Shown here piece by piece: positions 10,340 to 23,099 of a stretch of 64,000 nt of DNA. The position numbers were made by a program, and so were the translations under genes. Source of the stretch: Mobula hypostoma (Eukaryota); assembly GCF_963921235.1 (NCBI RefSeq), contig NC_086097.1, forward strand, positions 115,880,001 to 115,944,000, read 5' to 3'. Below the pieces are notes generated by a model. That model was given only the letters and a program-made list of their open reading frames with translations, had not been told where the DNA came from and did not search any database. How positions within the stretch are numbered: position 1 is the stretch's first letter; each line of letters opens with the position of its first letter.

Positions 10340-12577
10340 ATAATTGATCTGCTATTAGAGAATGAGACAAAGCAGGTGACAGAAGTCTGTGCAGGGGAAC
10401 AGCTTGCATCTAGTGATCACAATGCCATTAGTTTCAAAGTAAGTATGCATAAAGATAGATCTGGTCTTCAGTTGAGATTCTAAATTGGAGAAAGGCCAAT
10501 TTTGATGGTATCAGAAATGATCTGGCAAGTGTGGACTGGGGCAGGCTGTTTTCCAGCAAAGTTGCAATAGGTAAGTGGGAAGCCTTCAAAACGGAAATTT
10601 TGAGAGCACACAGTTTGTATGAGCCTGTCAGAATAAAAGGTAAAGATAACAAGTGTAGGGAACCTTGGTTTTCAAGAGATATTGAGGTCTTTGTTAAAAA
10701 AAAAGAGGTGCCGAGCAGGTACAAGCAGGTAGGAACAAATGAGGTGCTGATGGAGTATAAAAATGCAAGAGAACACAAGAAAGAAATCAGGAGGGTTAAA
10801 AGAAGGCATGAGATTGTTCTCGCAGACAAGGTGAAGGAGAATCTTGAGGAATCCTGAGGAATTGTGCAGATATGTTTAGAGCAAAAGGATTGCATGGGAC
10901 AAAACTGGTCCTCTGGAAGATCAGAATGATAATCTATGTGTGGATCCAAAAGAGATGGGGGAGATATTAAATGTAATTTTTGTCGCTGTATTTACTCGGG
11001 AGATGGACACAGAGTCTATAGATCCAGAGTCTATAGAGGTGAGGCAAAACAGCATCAACTTCATGGATCCTGTACAGATTACAGAGGAGGATGTGTTTGC
11101 TGTCCTGATGCAAATCAGTTTGGATAAATCCCCAGGATTTGACAAGTGCAGAAACTGCTAGGGCTCAAGCAGAGACATTTAGATCATCTTTAGTGACAGG
11201 AGCCGTACATGCACTAAAGGATTAGAGGATAGACAATGTTGTTCCATTGTTTAAGAAAGGCTCTAAAGATAAACCATGAAATTATAGGCTGATGAGTCTG
11301 ACATCAGTTGTGGGAAAATTATTGGAAGGTATTCTATTGGACCAGATTTATAAATCAACATAGCTTTGTGCTTGGTAGGTCATATTTAACCAACATTACA
11401 GAATTTTTTGAGGAAGTTACGAGGAAAGTGGATGGAGTTAAGGCAGTGGATGTTGTCTACATGGACTATAGCCAGGCATTTGACAAGTCCTGCATGGGAG
11501 GTTGATCAAGAAGGTTCTGTCATTTGAGATGAGGTAGTAAATTGGATTGGACATTGGCTTTGAGGGAGAAGCCAGAGAGTGGTAGTAGATGGTTGACTTT
11601 GGACTGGAGGCCTGTGACTAGTGGAGTACCACAGGTATCACTGTTGTTCATCTCTATATCAAAGATGATGACGATTATGTGGTTAAATGGATCAGAAAGT
11701 TTCAGACGACACTAAGATTTGGGGTACAGTGGCGGCAAAGAAGGCCTTCATGGCTTGCAGAGGGATCTTCATCAGCTGAAAAATGGCAGATAGAATTTAA
11801 TGCAGACATGTGCGAGGTATTGCACTTTGTTAGGACCAACCAAGGTTGGTCATATAGAGTAAACAGTAGGGCACTGAGGAGTGTGAAAGAAGAAAGGAAT
11901 CTGGGAATACAGGTCCACAATTCATTGAAAGTGGCATCACTGGTGGATAGGGCTGTAAAGAAAGCTTTTGGCACATTGGCTTTCATAAATTAATATATTG
12001 TGTACAGGAGATGGGATGTTATGTTGAAGTTGTATAAGATGCTGGTGCGGCCTAATTTGGAGTATTGTGTGCAGTTTTGATCACCTACCTACAGGAAATA
12101 TGTAAATAAGGTTGAAGGAGTACAGAGAAAATTTACAAGTATGTTGCTCAGATTGGAGGAGCTGAATTATAAAGAAAGATTGAATAAGTTAGGACTTTAT
12201 TGCTTAGAATGTAGAAGATTGAAATGAGGTTTGATAAAGATACACACTATTATGAAGGGTATAGACGGGTAAAAGCTGGACGGGATTTTCCACTGAGGTT
12301 GGGTGGGACGACAACCAGAGGTCATGGGTTAAGGGTGAAAGGTGAAAAGTTTAAGGGGAATCTGAGGGGAGGCTTCTTCACTGAGAGTGTGGAACTAGCT
12401 GCGAGCACAAGCTCGATTTCAACATTTAAGAGAAGTTTGGATGGGTACATGGATGTTAAAGGTATGAAAAGCTATGGTCCTGCAGCAGGTCAGTGGGAGT
12501 AGCCAGTTTAAATGATTTTGGCATAGACTAGATGCGCTGAAGGTCCTATTTCTGTGCTGTTCTTCTCTATGACTCCA
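10340..12577 (+). mobile_element. Degraded CR1 ORF2 (end of EN, linker, RT, 3' end)
   Basis: ORFs 10531-10857, 10940-11161, 11308-11505, 11679-11993 and 12224-12502 are collinear CR1 ORF2 pieces. Confidence 0.85.
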
Positions 12578-12579
12578 TA

Positions 12580-12790
12580 GTGGGTGGCATGGTAGTTTAG
12601 TGGTTAGCGTAACACTTACAAAACCAGCAACGTGGCTTCAATTCCCACCGCTGCCTGTAAGGGCTTTGTATGTTCTTGTCACATTCAAGTTTCCCCCAAA
12701 ATTCTCACGACGTATAGATTGGTAGGTTAATTGTGAAATTTGGCAGAGCGGGCTCATTGGGACAGAAAGGCCTGTAACCATGCTGAATTT
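12580..12790 (+). mobile_element. HE1-like SINE, degraded
   Basis: GGGTGGCATGGTAGTTTAGTGGTTAGC..TTCAATTCCCACCGCTG..AAGGGCCTGT. Confidence 0.65.
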
Positions 12791-12899
12791 AGAAATTTAA
12801 AAATAATTGAATGCAAAAGTTAATTTATTTTAATTCATTTTGACTTAAAAATGTCAAGTGTGAATTTCAAAATACTCAGATTACTGACCAATTCAATCT

Positions 12900-13177
12900 A
12901 TTTTTATTTTTTGAGATTCAGTGCAGAATGGGCTCTTCCAGCCCCAGAGCTGCACGTCCTGCAATCTCCTAATTTAATCCTAACCTAATCATGGGACAAT
13001 TTGCAATGGCCAATTAACGTACCAACCACTATGCCTTTGGGCTGTGGGAAGAAACCGGAGTGCCCAGAGGAAACCCACATGATCACATGGAGAATGTACA
13101 AACTCCTTATATGCAGCAGCTGGAATTGAACCCTGTCACTAGTACTGTTAAGCACTGTGCTAACCACTACGCTACCA
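12900..13177 (-). mobile_element. HE1-like V-SINE
   Basis: Plus strand GAAACCGGAGTGCCCAGAGGAAACCCAC (V core) and GCTAACCACTACGCTACC head. Confidence 0.8.
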
Positions 13178-13869
13178 TTAGTGATTTGCTCCAGTCAGTT
13201 GCTTGTTGCTGGTAAAATGGGCCAGAAGATCAAATGGAGAGATTGAGCAAAGTACTGTTACAGGCAGTATATAGAGTCAGAGAGAAAAGCAGTTTGTTGA
13301 TACAGGACCTCCGCCAACCATTGTGCCCACCCATCTGGTCCTAATCTCCTACATCCTTCGCATATCCCTCAAAGCTCCACCCTTGCATTCATCTATCCCA
13401 GTGCTTCCCAAATGATACTATACCATTTTTCTAGCAGCTCATTCCATATACCCACCAACCTCTGCGTGAAAAAGCTCCCCCCTCAGGCACCTTTTGGATC
13501 TTCTCCCCCTCACCCTAAATCTATACCTCTAATTTTGAGCTCAGATCAACTGAGGAAGTTGTTTCCATCCACCTTGTCTACGTCTTCCACAGTTTAAAAT
13601 ATTTCTCTAAGGTCATCCTCATTCTCCTACTCTCCAAGGAATGAACACCGAGATTGGCCAGCCTCTTCCTATAAATGTTTAGAATTGGAATTGGTTAAAT
13701 ATTGTGTTGAGGTACAGTGAAAAGCCTGTCTTGCATACTGTTCATAGAGATCAACCCATTTCATGGTGCATCGAGGTAGTACAAGGTAAAAAAAAAACAG
13801 AATGCAAAATAAAGTATAACAGCTGCAGAGAAGGTGCCGTACAGGTAGGCAATCAGGTGCAAGATCAAC

Positions 13870-14140
13870 GCACACAAAATGATAGAGGAACTTCGCCGGT
13901 CAGTCAGCATCTATGGACATGAAAAATCAGTCAACATTTCAGGCCGAGACACTTCTTCAGGACTGAAAAGGAAGGGAGGGGAGACACCAGAATAAAAAAG
14001 TGGGTGGTGGGGTAAGAGGCAGGCTAAAAGGTGATAGGTGAAGCCAGATAGGTGAAAGCTTGGAGAAGAAGGAATCTGATAGGAGAGTGAAACACAGGAG
14101 AAAGGGAAGAAGGAGGTCACCCAGGGGGAAGTGATAGGCA
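13870..14140 (-). mobile_element. PLE 3' UTR/terminal fragment
   Basis: Decayed hammerhead at about 13928-13964 plus purine-rich UTR matching other PLE copies. Confidence 0.65.
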
Positions 14141-14195
14141 CACATACACACACACACACACACACACAGACACACACACACACACACACACACAC
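14140..14195. repeat. (CA)n microsatellite
   Basis: Seen directly. Confidence 0.95.
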
Positions 14196-14204
14196 AATTT
14201 CAAA

Positions 14205-14702
14205 AGAAAAAAATGCGAGACTCACAACAAGCTGGAGGAACTCAGCAGGTCGGGCAGCATCCATGGAAACGATCAGTCAACGTTTCGGGCCAGAACCCTT
14301 CATCATGACTGTAGAGGGAAGGGGCAGAGGCCCTATAAAGAAGGTGGGGGAGGGTGGGAAGGAGAAGGCTGGTAGGTTCCAGGTGAAAAACCAGTAAGGG
14401 GAAAGATAAAGGGGTGGGGGAGGGGAAGCAGGGAGGTGATAGGCAGGAAAGGTGAAGAAGGAGTAGGGGAAAACATAATGGGTAGTAGAGGGAGGCGGAA
14501 CCATGAGGGAGGTGATAGGCAGCTGGGGGAGGGGGCAGAGTGAAATAGGAATAGGGGAAGGGAGAGGGAGGGAGTTACCAGAAGTTGGAGAATTCTATAA
14601 TCATACCAAGGGGCTGGAGACTACCTAGACGGTACATGAGGTGTTGCTCCTCCAATCTGAGTTCAGCCTCATCATGGCAGTAGAGGAGGCCATGTATGGA
14701 CA
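14205..14702 (-). mobile_element. PLE 3' fragment (GIY-YIG C-terminus, UTR, terminus)
   Basis: Minus ORF ends MSIHGLLYCHDEAELRLEEQHLMYRLGSLQPLGMIIEFSNFW; hammerhead with mutated core at about 14274-14310. Confidence 0.85.
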
Positions 14703-15069
14703 TAAATGCTTTGCAGGTCAAGAAGCATCTATAGTGAGAGAAAAAGAGTTTATCAAGTTGATGATCTTTCAAGGGAACTTTTGGTTTGTTTGTTACATTT
14801 ACTGACAATGTGTCAATGTGTAACAACAATCAGGTGAACACACTAATGAGGGAAAGTGACTAAGTAGGCAGGAGGAAGCAAGCATTGTGGAGTAGTCAGA
14901 ATTATGATATTTGTGTCTTCAAATATGACTGAAAGATCTGGAGTGCCTGGCGATGCACAGTTAAAATAGAACACATTCTGAGGGGCCCACAGCAGTGATT
15001 AGAATTGACATTTTCACCCTTCCCACAAAAGGTCTGAGCACCACTGATCTTATTTAGTGAACTTTGATT

Positions 15070-15535
15070 TATCTAACATTCAGTAATTCCACCACCCTCC
15101 TCTTTTCTCTTCTTCAGTTCTCCATTCTGACTTCCCTCTTAGCCGTTTTCCCCACCTGCCTATCACATCCCTCTGGCAATCCTCCTCCTTCCCTTTCTCC
15201 CATGGTTCACTCTCCTCTCCTATCAGATCCCACCACTGCTCAGCCCTTGACCTCTTCCACCTATCACCTCCCAGCTTCTCACTTCATACTCACTTCCCAC
15301 CCACCTACCTTCACCCTCACCTGGCTTCACCTGTCCCCTGCCAGCTCGCACTCCTTCCAATCCCCTGACCTTCTTATTCTGGCTTCTTCCCCCTTCCTTT
15401 CCAGTCCAGAAGAAGGGTCTTGTTTTGAAATGTCAGTTCTTGATTTTCCTGCATAGATGCTACCTGACCTGTAGAGTTGCAGCACTTTGTGTGTGTTACT
15501 CTGGATTTTCATCATCTGCAGAATTTGGTGTGTTT
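15070..15535 (+). mobile_element. Degraded PLE 3' UTR/terminus
   Basis: Pyrimidine-rich UTR, decayed hammerhead near 15403, terminus CATCTGCAGAATTT. Confidence 0.7.
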
Positions 15536-16093
15536 ATAGTGTTATTTAGTTATTGAATTAGAAGTTACAGATATTTTCCCTGTTTCAAAGTTACACTTTG
15601 ACCAAAGTTGATTGGGGCTCACTAATGGGCTGTTTTCTGCCATCAGGCAGAGAACTAGTCCATGCTTTGTGCATTGCTGCTTCTACGGAGGGACCAACTG
15701 AGGTGCTGTCACCATAAGGCGGATAATTTGGCATTTGGTAATTGTTTTTTTGTTGTCACATGTACTGAGACAGAGTGAAAAAGTTTCTGTTTGTCAGCTC
15801 CAGACAGATCATTCCGTACATAAGCACATTAAGGCTGTGCAAAGGAAAAGCAAACCAGAATGCAGAATATAGAGTTATAGAGAAGTTATTATGTTATAGT
15901 TATGGAGAAGGAGCAGCGCAGGCAGAGTGCAGGGGTCAAGAAGAGGTTGATTAAGAGATCGAGAGTTGATTGTATAAAAGGTACATTCAACATTAGAAGC
16001 TGTTCTTAAGTTCACTGGTGCTTGTTCTCCAGCTTCTGTATCTTCTACCCGATGGAAGTGGGTGGAAGCAAGAATGACCAGGCTGTGAGGGGT

Positions 16094-19000
16094 TAGAACC
16101 ATAGAACCATAGAAACTACAGCACAGAAACAGGCCTTTTGGCCCTTCTTGGCTGTGCCGAACCATTTTCTCCCTAGTCCCACTGACCTGCACACGGACCA
16201 TATCCCTCCATACACCTCCCATCCATGTATCTGTCCAATTTATTCTTAAATGTTAAAAAAGAACCCGCATTTACCACCTCGTCTGGCAGCTCATTCCATA
16301 CTCCCACCACTCTCTGTGTGAAGAAGCCCCCCCTAATGTTCCCTTTAAACTTTTCCCCCCTCACCCTTAACCCATGTCCTCTGTTTTTTTTTCTCCCCTT
16401 GCCTCAGTGGAAAAAGCCTGCTTGCATTCACTCTATCTATACCCATCATAATTTTATATACCTCTATCAAATCTCCCCTCATTCTTCCACGCTCCAGGGA
16501 ATAAAGTCCTAACCTATTCAACCTTTCTCAGTAACTGAGTTTCTCAAGTCCTGGCAACATCCTTGTAAACCTTCTCTGCACTCTTTCAACCTTATTTATA
16601 TCCTTCCTGTAATTTGGTGACCAAAACTGAACACAATGCTCCAGATTCGGCCTCACCAATGCCTTATACAACTTCATCATAACATTCCAGCTCTTATACT
16701 CAATACTTTGATTAATAAAGGCCAATGTACCAAAAGCTCTCTTTACGACCCTATCTACCTGTGATGCCACTTTTAGGGAATTTTGTATCTGTACTCCCAG
16801 ATCCCTCTGTTCTACTGCACTCCTCAGTGACTTATCATTAACCCTGTATGTTCTACCTTGGTTTGTCCTTCCAACGTGCAATACCTCACACTTGTCCGTA
16901 TTAAACTCCATCTGCCATTTTTCAGCCCATTTTTCCAGCTGGTCCAAGTCCCTCTGCAGGCTCTGAAAACCTTCCTCACTGTCTACTACACCTCCAATCT
17001 TTGTATCATCAGCAAACTTGCTGATCCAACTTACCACATTATCATCCAGATCATTGATATAGATGACAAATAACAATGGACCCAGCACTGATCCCTGTGG
17101 CACACCACTAGTTACAGACCTCCACACTCGGAGAAGCAATTCTCTACTACCACTCTTTGGCTTCTTCCATTGAGCCAATGTCTAATTCAATTTACCACCT
17201 CTCCATGTATACCTAACGACTGAATTTTCCTAACTAACCTCCCATGCGGGACCTTGTCAAAGGCCTTACTGAAATCCATGTGGACAATATCCACTGCCTT
17301 CCCTTCATCCACATTCCTGGTAACCTCCTCGAAAAACTCCAATAGATTGGTCAAACATGACCTACCACACACAAAGCCATGTTGACTCTCCCTAATAAGA
17401 CCCTGTCTATCCAAATGCTTGTAGATTCTGTCTCTTAGTACTCCCTCCAATAACTTACCTACTACCGACGTTAAACTTACTGGCCTATAATTTCCCGGAT
17501 TACTTTTCGATCCTTTTTTAAACAATGGAACAACATGAGCCACTCTCCAATCCTTCGGCACCTCACCCGTAGAGAGTGACATTTTAAATATTTCTGCCAG
17601 GGCCCCCACAATTTCAACACCAGTCTCCTTCAAGGTCTGAGGGAACACCCTGTTAGGTCCCGGGGATTTATCCACTTTAATTTTCCTCAAGACAGCAAGC
17701 ACCTCCTCCTTTTCAATTTGTACAGTTTCCATGATCTCACTATTTGATTCCCTTAACTCCATAGACTTCATGCCAGTTTCCTTAGTAAATACAGATGCAA
17801 AAAACCTATTTAAGATCTTCCCCATTTCCTTTGGTTCCGCACATAGCTGACCACTCTGATCTTCAAGAGAACCAATGTTATCCCTTACAATCCTTTTGCT
17901 CTTAATATACCTGTAAAAGCTCTTTGGATCATCCTTCACTTTGACTGCCAAGGCAACCTCATGTCTTCTTTTAGCCCTCCTGATTTCTTTCTTAAGTATT
18001 TTCTTGCACTTCTTATACTCCTCAAGCACCTGATTTACTCCCTGTTTCCTATACATTTCATACAACTCCCTGTTCTTCTTTATCAGAGTTGCAATATCCC
18101 TTGAGAACCAAGGTTCCTTATTCCTATTCACTTTGCCTTTAATCCTGACAGGAACACACAAACTCTGCACTCTCAGAATTTCTCCTTTGAAGGCTTCCCA
18201 CCTACCGAACACATCTTTGCCAGAGAACAACCTGTCACAATCCACGCTTTCTAGATCCTTTCTCATTTCTTTAAATTTGGCCTTCTTCCAGTTCAGAACC
18301 TCAACCCTAGGACCAGATCTATCCTTGTCCATGATCAAGTTGAAACTAATGGTTTTATAATCACTGGAACCAAAGTGCTCCCCTACACAGACTTCCGTCA
18401 CTTGTCCTAACTCGTTTTCTAACAGGAGATCAATATTGCATCCCCTCTAGTTGGTCCCTCTGTAGATTGATCTAGAAAACTTTCCTGAACACATTTTACA
18501 AACTCTAAACCATCTAGACCCCTAACAGTATGGGAGTCCCAATCAATATATGGAAAATTAAAACCCCCTACCACCACAACTTTATGTTTCCTGCAGTTGC
18601 CTGCTATCTCTCTGCAGATTTGCTCTTCCAAGTCTCGTTGACTATTGGGTGGTCTGTAATACAATCCCACTAATGTGGCTATACCTTTCCTGTTTTTCAG
18701 CTCCACCCATAAGGACTCAGTAGACAAGCCCTCTAATCTGTCCTGCCTGAGCACTGCTGTAATATTTTCCCTAACAAGCAATGCTACTCCCCCACCTTTC
18801 ATTCCTCTGCCTCGATCGCATCTGAAACATCGGAACCCTGGAATATTAAGCTGCCAGTCCTGCACCTCCTGTAGCCAAGTTTCACTAATTGCTATAACGT
18901 CATAATTCCACGTGTCAATCCACGCCTTCAACTCATCTGCCTTCCCCGCAATACTCCTAGCATTGAAATATATGCACCTCAGAAGATTTTTACCACCACT

Positions 19001-19570
19001 CACAACCTTTCTATTAGTGGATTTGCTTGAACTTTTAACATCATTTATTTTCACCCCAGCCACACTGTTAGCTCTGGCACTCTGGTTCCCATCCCCCTGC
19101 AAACCTAGTTTAAAACCTCCCCAATAGCACTAACAAACCTCCCTGAAAGGATATTGGTCCCCCTGTAGTTCAGGTGTAACTCGTCTCTCTTGTACAGGTC
19201 CCACCTGCCCCGGAAGAGGTCCCAATGATCTTGAAATCTGAAACCCTGCCCCCTACATCAGTTCCTCAGCCACTTGTTCATCCTCCAGAGCATCCTATTC
19301 CTACCCTCACTGGCACGTAGCACAGGTAGCAATCCTGAGATTACCACCCTTGAGGTCCTGCTTTTCAACTTCCTACCAAGCTCTCTATACTCACTCTCCA
19401 GGACCTCCTCACTCTTCCTTGCTATGTCATTGGTACCAATGTGCACCACGACATCTGGCTGATCACCCTCCCACTTCAGAATGTCATGCAATCGATCAGA
19501 GACATCCTTGACCTTGGCACCCGGGAGGCAACAAACCATCCTGGATTCTCCGTCACGACCACAGAACCTC
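16094..19570 (-). mobile_element. CR1 LINE: 3' part of esterase ORF1 plus full-span but frameshifted ORF2
   Basis: ORF1 LPGAKV..HIGTNDI; ORF2 pieces 18419-19102 (EN: NARS, ETW, GGGVALLV), 17187-18401, 16528-17178 (QGSVLGP, FADD); (TTCTATGG)n tail. Confidence 0.95.
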
Positions 19571-20151
19571 TTAATGATGTTGTCTGTTACTTGAGCCAGT
19601 GGGAATTGTGATCTCTGCAGACTAGCAGCTGAAACGTCCTTGGAGGCCGTAATCTGAAACAACAGGGTGATGGTCGATTGTCAGTAGATCACGATTTCAC
19701 TGCCTTCCTAATATGCAAGTTTAGAAGAAGTTAGTGCTTTTCCACAGTCGGTCTTGGTGCAGGCTTTGGTGAGGAAAGGTGAGTGCATATTCCTTTATTA
19801 TCCTAAATTGGAGGTTGATAACTGGTAATAATTATTAATTAAAATTACTTAAATTTATATAATCAATATTAATATGATAGTATTGTCAATTAAATTTTAC
19901 TAATTAAATATAATAATTAATAATATTGAATAATAAAACTACTGGGTTTGCAAATCAGTGAGACAAGAGTTTGAGGCCAAGTGTCCGAGGTCCCATCATT
20001 GATCAATGGCTCAGGTTGTCAATGCTGAGGATCAGGCCCGAAGTTTGATTTGGAGCTCTAGAAGATGAGACCCATTGGCTGGAGCCATGGGTCTGTGAAT
20101 TTCTGGCAGTCCACTGGTGTCGCCAAAGACCTGTAGCCTCTGTGTACATGT

Positions 20152-20689
20152 TAGGCTTGCCAAATGTCTCACATTAGCCGAGACATCCCGTATATTGGGC
20201 TAAATTGGTTTGTCCTATGCGGGACTACCTTTGTCCCGTATTTCCCCCCCTAAGGTACAGCGTTCCTATGAAACCTTTCGTGCCAAAATGGCGTAAAGTG
20301 AAGAAGCAATTACCATTAATTTATATGGGAAAAATTTTTGAGCGTTCCCAGATCCAAAAAATAACCTACCAAATCATACCAAATATCACATAAAACCGAA
20401 AATAACACCAACATATAGTAAAAACAGGAATGATATGATAAATACACAGCCTATATAGAGATAATGTATGTACAGTGTAGTTGGGAAGAATAAACCAAAA
20501 CCAATTTGTAGAAAAGAATTGGCACATACATGTGTGCACACGTCATGTATGCGCACGTCATGCAAGCGCACACAGGTGCCCGTGTAAGGCTTCATGGTCG
20601 TGGTAGTCTTTCTCGGGGTAAACACAAGTGTCCCGTATTTGACTGCTACTTTTGTCGATTTTTTGGGAATGAGAAAGCTGACAACCCTA
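20152..20689. mobile_element. Non-autonomous hAT element (MITE-like)
   Basis: Imperfect TIRs TAGGCTTGCCAA / CTGACAACCCTA; perfect 8-bp TSD GTACATGT at 20144-20151 and 20690-20697. Confidence 0.85.
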
Positions 20690-20885
20690 GTACATGTCCA
20701 CGTTGGAGACGGAATCTGGGTGGGCTGGAGGACAAAAAATACAAACTGGCTTGGGGTTAGACTGTGTGAGCGGGAGGGAGGAAAGCGCAAACACGAGGAA
20801 ATCTGCAGATGCTGGAATTTCAACCAACATACATAAAAAATGCTGGTGAACGCAGCAGGCCAGGCAGCATCTATAGGAAGAGGTA

Positions 20886-20922
20886 CAGTCGATGTTTCGG
20901 GCCGAGACCCTTCGTCAGGACT
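20886..20922 (-). ncRNA. Hammerhead motif with AUC triplet (stem III palindrome lost)
   Basis: AGUC CUGACGA A GGGUC-UC-GGCCC GAA ACAU C GACUG. Confidence 0.6.
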
Positions 20923-21315
20923 AACTGAAAGAAGAGCTAGTAAGAGATTTGAAAGTGGGAGGGGGAGGGGGAGATCCAAAATGATAGGAGAAGACAGGAG
21001 GGGGAGAGATGGAGCTTAGAGCTGGAAAATTGATTGGCAAAAGGGATATGAGAGAATAATGGGATGGGAGGCCTAGGGAGAAAGAAAGAGGGAGGGGGAA
21101 GCCCAGAAGATGGGCAAGGAGTATAGTGAGAGAGACAGAGGGAGAAAAAGAGAGAGAAAAAAATATATGATAATAATAATAAATGAATAACGGATGGGGT
21201 ACGAAGGGGAGGTGGGGCATTAACGGAAGTTAGAGAAGTCAATATTCATGCCATCAAGTTGGAGGCTACCCAGACGGAATATAAGGTGTTGTTCCTCAAA
21301 CCTGAGTGTGGCTTC

Positions 21316-21749
21316 CCACCGATCTCCCTCCCGGCACTTATCCTTGTAAGTGGAACAAGCGCTACACATGCCCTTACACTTCCTCCCTCACCACCATTCA
21401 GGGCCCCAGAAAGTCCTTCCAGGTGAGGCGACACTTCGCCTGTGAGCCAGCTGGGGTGATATACTGTGTCCGGCGCTCCCGATGCGGCCTTCTATATATT
21501 GGCGAGACCTGACGCACGCTGGGAGACCATTTCGCTGAACACCTACGCTCTGTCCGCCAGAGAAAGCAGGATCTCCCAGTGGCCACACATTTTAATTCCA
21601 CATCTCATTCCCATTCTGATATGTCTATCCACGGCCTCCTCTACTGTCAAGATGAAGCAACACTCAGGTTGGAGGAACAACACCTTATATTCAGTCTGGG
21701 TAGCCTCCAACCTGATGGCATGAACATTGACTTCTCTAACTTCTGTTAA
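21316..21749 (+). pseudogene. PLE Cys-rich linker plus GIY-YIG endonuclease remnant with internal stop
   Basis: PGTYPC..YTCPY..VIYCVRRSRCGLLYIGET*RTLGDHFAEH..VATHFN..LEEQHLIFSLGSLQPDGMNIDFSNFC*; stop at 21510-21512. Confidence 0.85.
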
Positions 21750-22047
21750 TGCCCCACCTCCCCTTCGTACCCCCTCCGTTATTTGTTTATTATTATTATT
21801 ATTTTTTTTTTCCTCTCTCTTTTTCTCCCTCTGTCCCTCTCACTATACTCCTTGCACATCCTCCAGGCTTCCCCCCTCCCCCTTTCTTTCTCTCTAGGCC
21901 TCCCATCCCATGATCCTCTCATATCCCTTTTGCCAATCGACTTTCCAGCTCTTAGCCTCATCCCTCCCCCTCCTGTCTTCTCCTATCATTTTGGATCTCC
22001 CCCTCCCCCTCCCACTTTCAAATTTCTTACTATCTCTTCTTTCAGTT

Positions 22048-22084
22048 AGTCCTGACGAAGGGTCTCGGCCCGAAACGTCGACTG
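22048..22084 (+). ncRNA. Minimal type-I hammerhead ribozyme motif, best-preserved copy
   Basis: AGUC CUGACGA A GGGU-CUCG-GCCC GAA ACGU C^GACUG, about 300 nt after the GIY-YIG stop on the same strand. Confidence 0.75.
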
Positions 22085-22184
22085 TGCCTCTTCCTATAGA
22101 TGCTGCCTGGCCTGTTGCGTTCACCAGCAATTTTTATGTGTGTTGGGAGGAAAGGGACTTGGTTTGCTGTTGTTGTTTTGTTAC

Positions 22185-22480
22185 TAACATCTCTCACTTT
22201 TCCTACCTGTGTCATTGTTGCCAATATATACCAAGACACCTGCTGCTCACCCTCCCCCTTAAGAATGGCGTGGACCTGAACTGAGACATCCCTGACCCTG
22301 GCACCTGGGAGGAAACATACCATCTGGGTGTCTCTCTTGCGCCCCTAGAATCTCATCTCTATTCCTCTGACAATGGAATCCGCAGTCACCTCTGTAAACC
22401 TCTTCACCTCTCTTCTCTTCTGAGCCCAGAGACCCACCCAGTCACTGCCCCCCAAAAGAGAATCCAATGTGGTATACTTT
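22185..22480 (-). mobile_element. CR1 ORF1 esterase remnant
   Basis: DSIVRG..MVCFLPGARVRDVS..ILKGEGEQ. Confidence 0.75.
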
Positions 22481-23099
22481 AAATTGATCTTGATCTTGAG
22501 CCTAAAGCCGGTTAAATCCTTGCAGGTTGTATTTAAGCTGATGTTTGTAGTTTCAAGTGATGCAGCAACAAGGTACATTGAGTGAGTCCCCTTTGTAATT
22601 TTAATTATGACCTTTCAATTAAAGATGATCAATTTCAGCTGAGTGAGATCGAGCTCCATGAGCCATTTAAAAGAGAGGCACAGAAGCAACACAATGGTGC
22701 AGAACAATGGGTGCTAGAATGTAGTTGTCTCGGGGGGGGGGGAATTCTGCGGCATCCTCTTAGCATTGGTCTATGCTCAATACATAGAGAAGTCCAGCAT
22801 CCAGCACAGTATGGATTTCGGCCCATGATATTGTGCTGACATTTTAATCTATTTTACAATCAATTTCACCCTTTCCTTCTATAGAGCCCATATACCTCAT
22901 TTTTTTGTTCATCTATCAGCCTATCTAAGAGCCTCTAAAATGTCCCTATTATGTCAAACTGTAACACTATCCTGGCAACCCCAAGATTAATCTAACCCTT
23001 CTCTCTCATGTAGCCTCCAGTTTTCCTAATGCAGTAACTGCCTTTACATCGAGGCATCACTAAACCTGCCAGCCTTACTCTTCAACCTATCAGGAATAT

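Larger units (their letters stand above)
20786..22144. mobile_element. Penelope-like element (Neptune-type) 3' portion with long inverted arm and 10-bp TSD
   Basis: GGGAGGAAAG at 20776-20785 and 22145-22154; arms about 20826-21315 and 21654-22144 are reverse complements; GIY-YIG remnant inside. Confidence 0.9.

Noticed and set aside
19258..19662. Apparent novel N-terminus fused to the esterase ORF
   Set aside because: The N-terminal part is flank beyond the 5' truncation point (19570), apparently continuing the older repeat interrupted at 16094.
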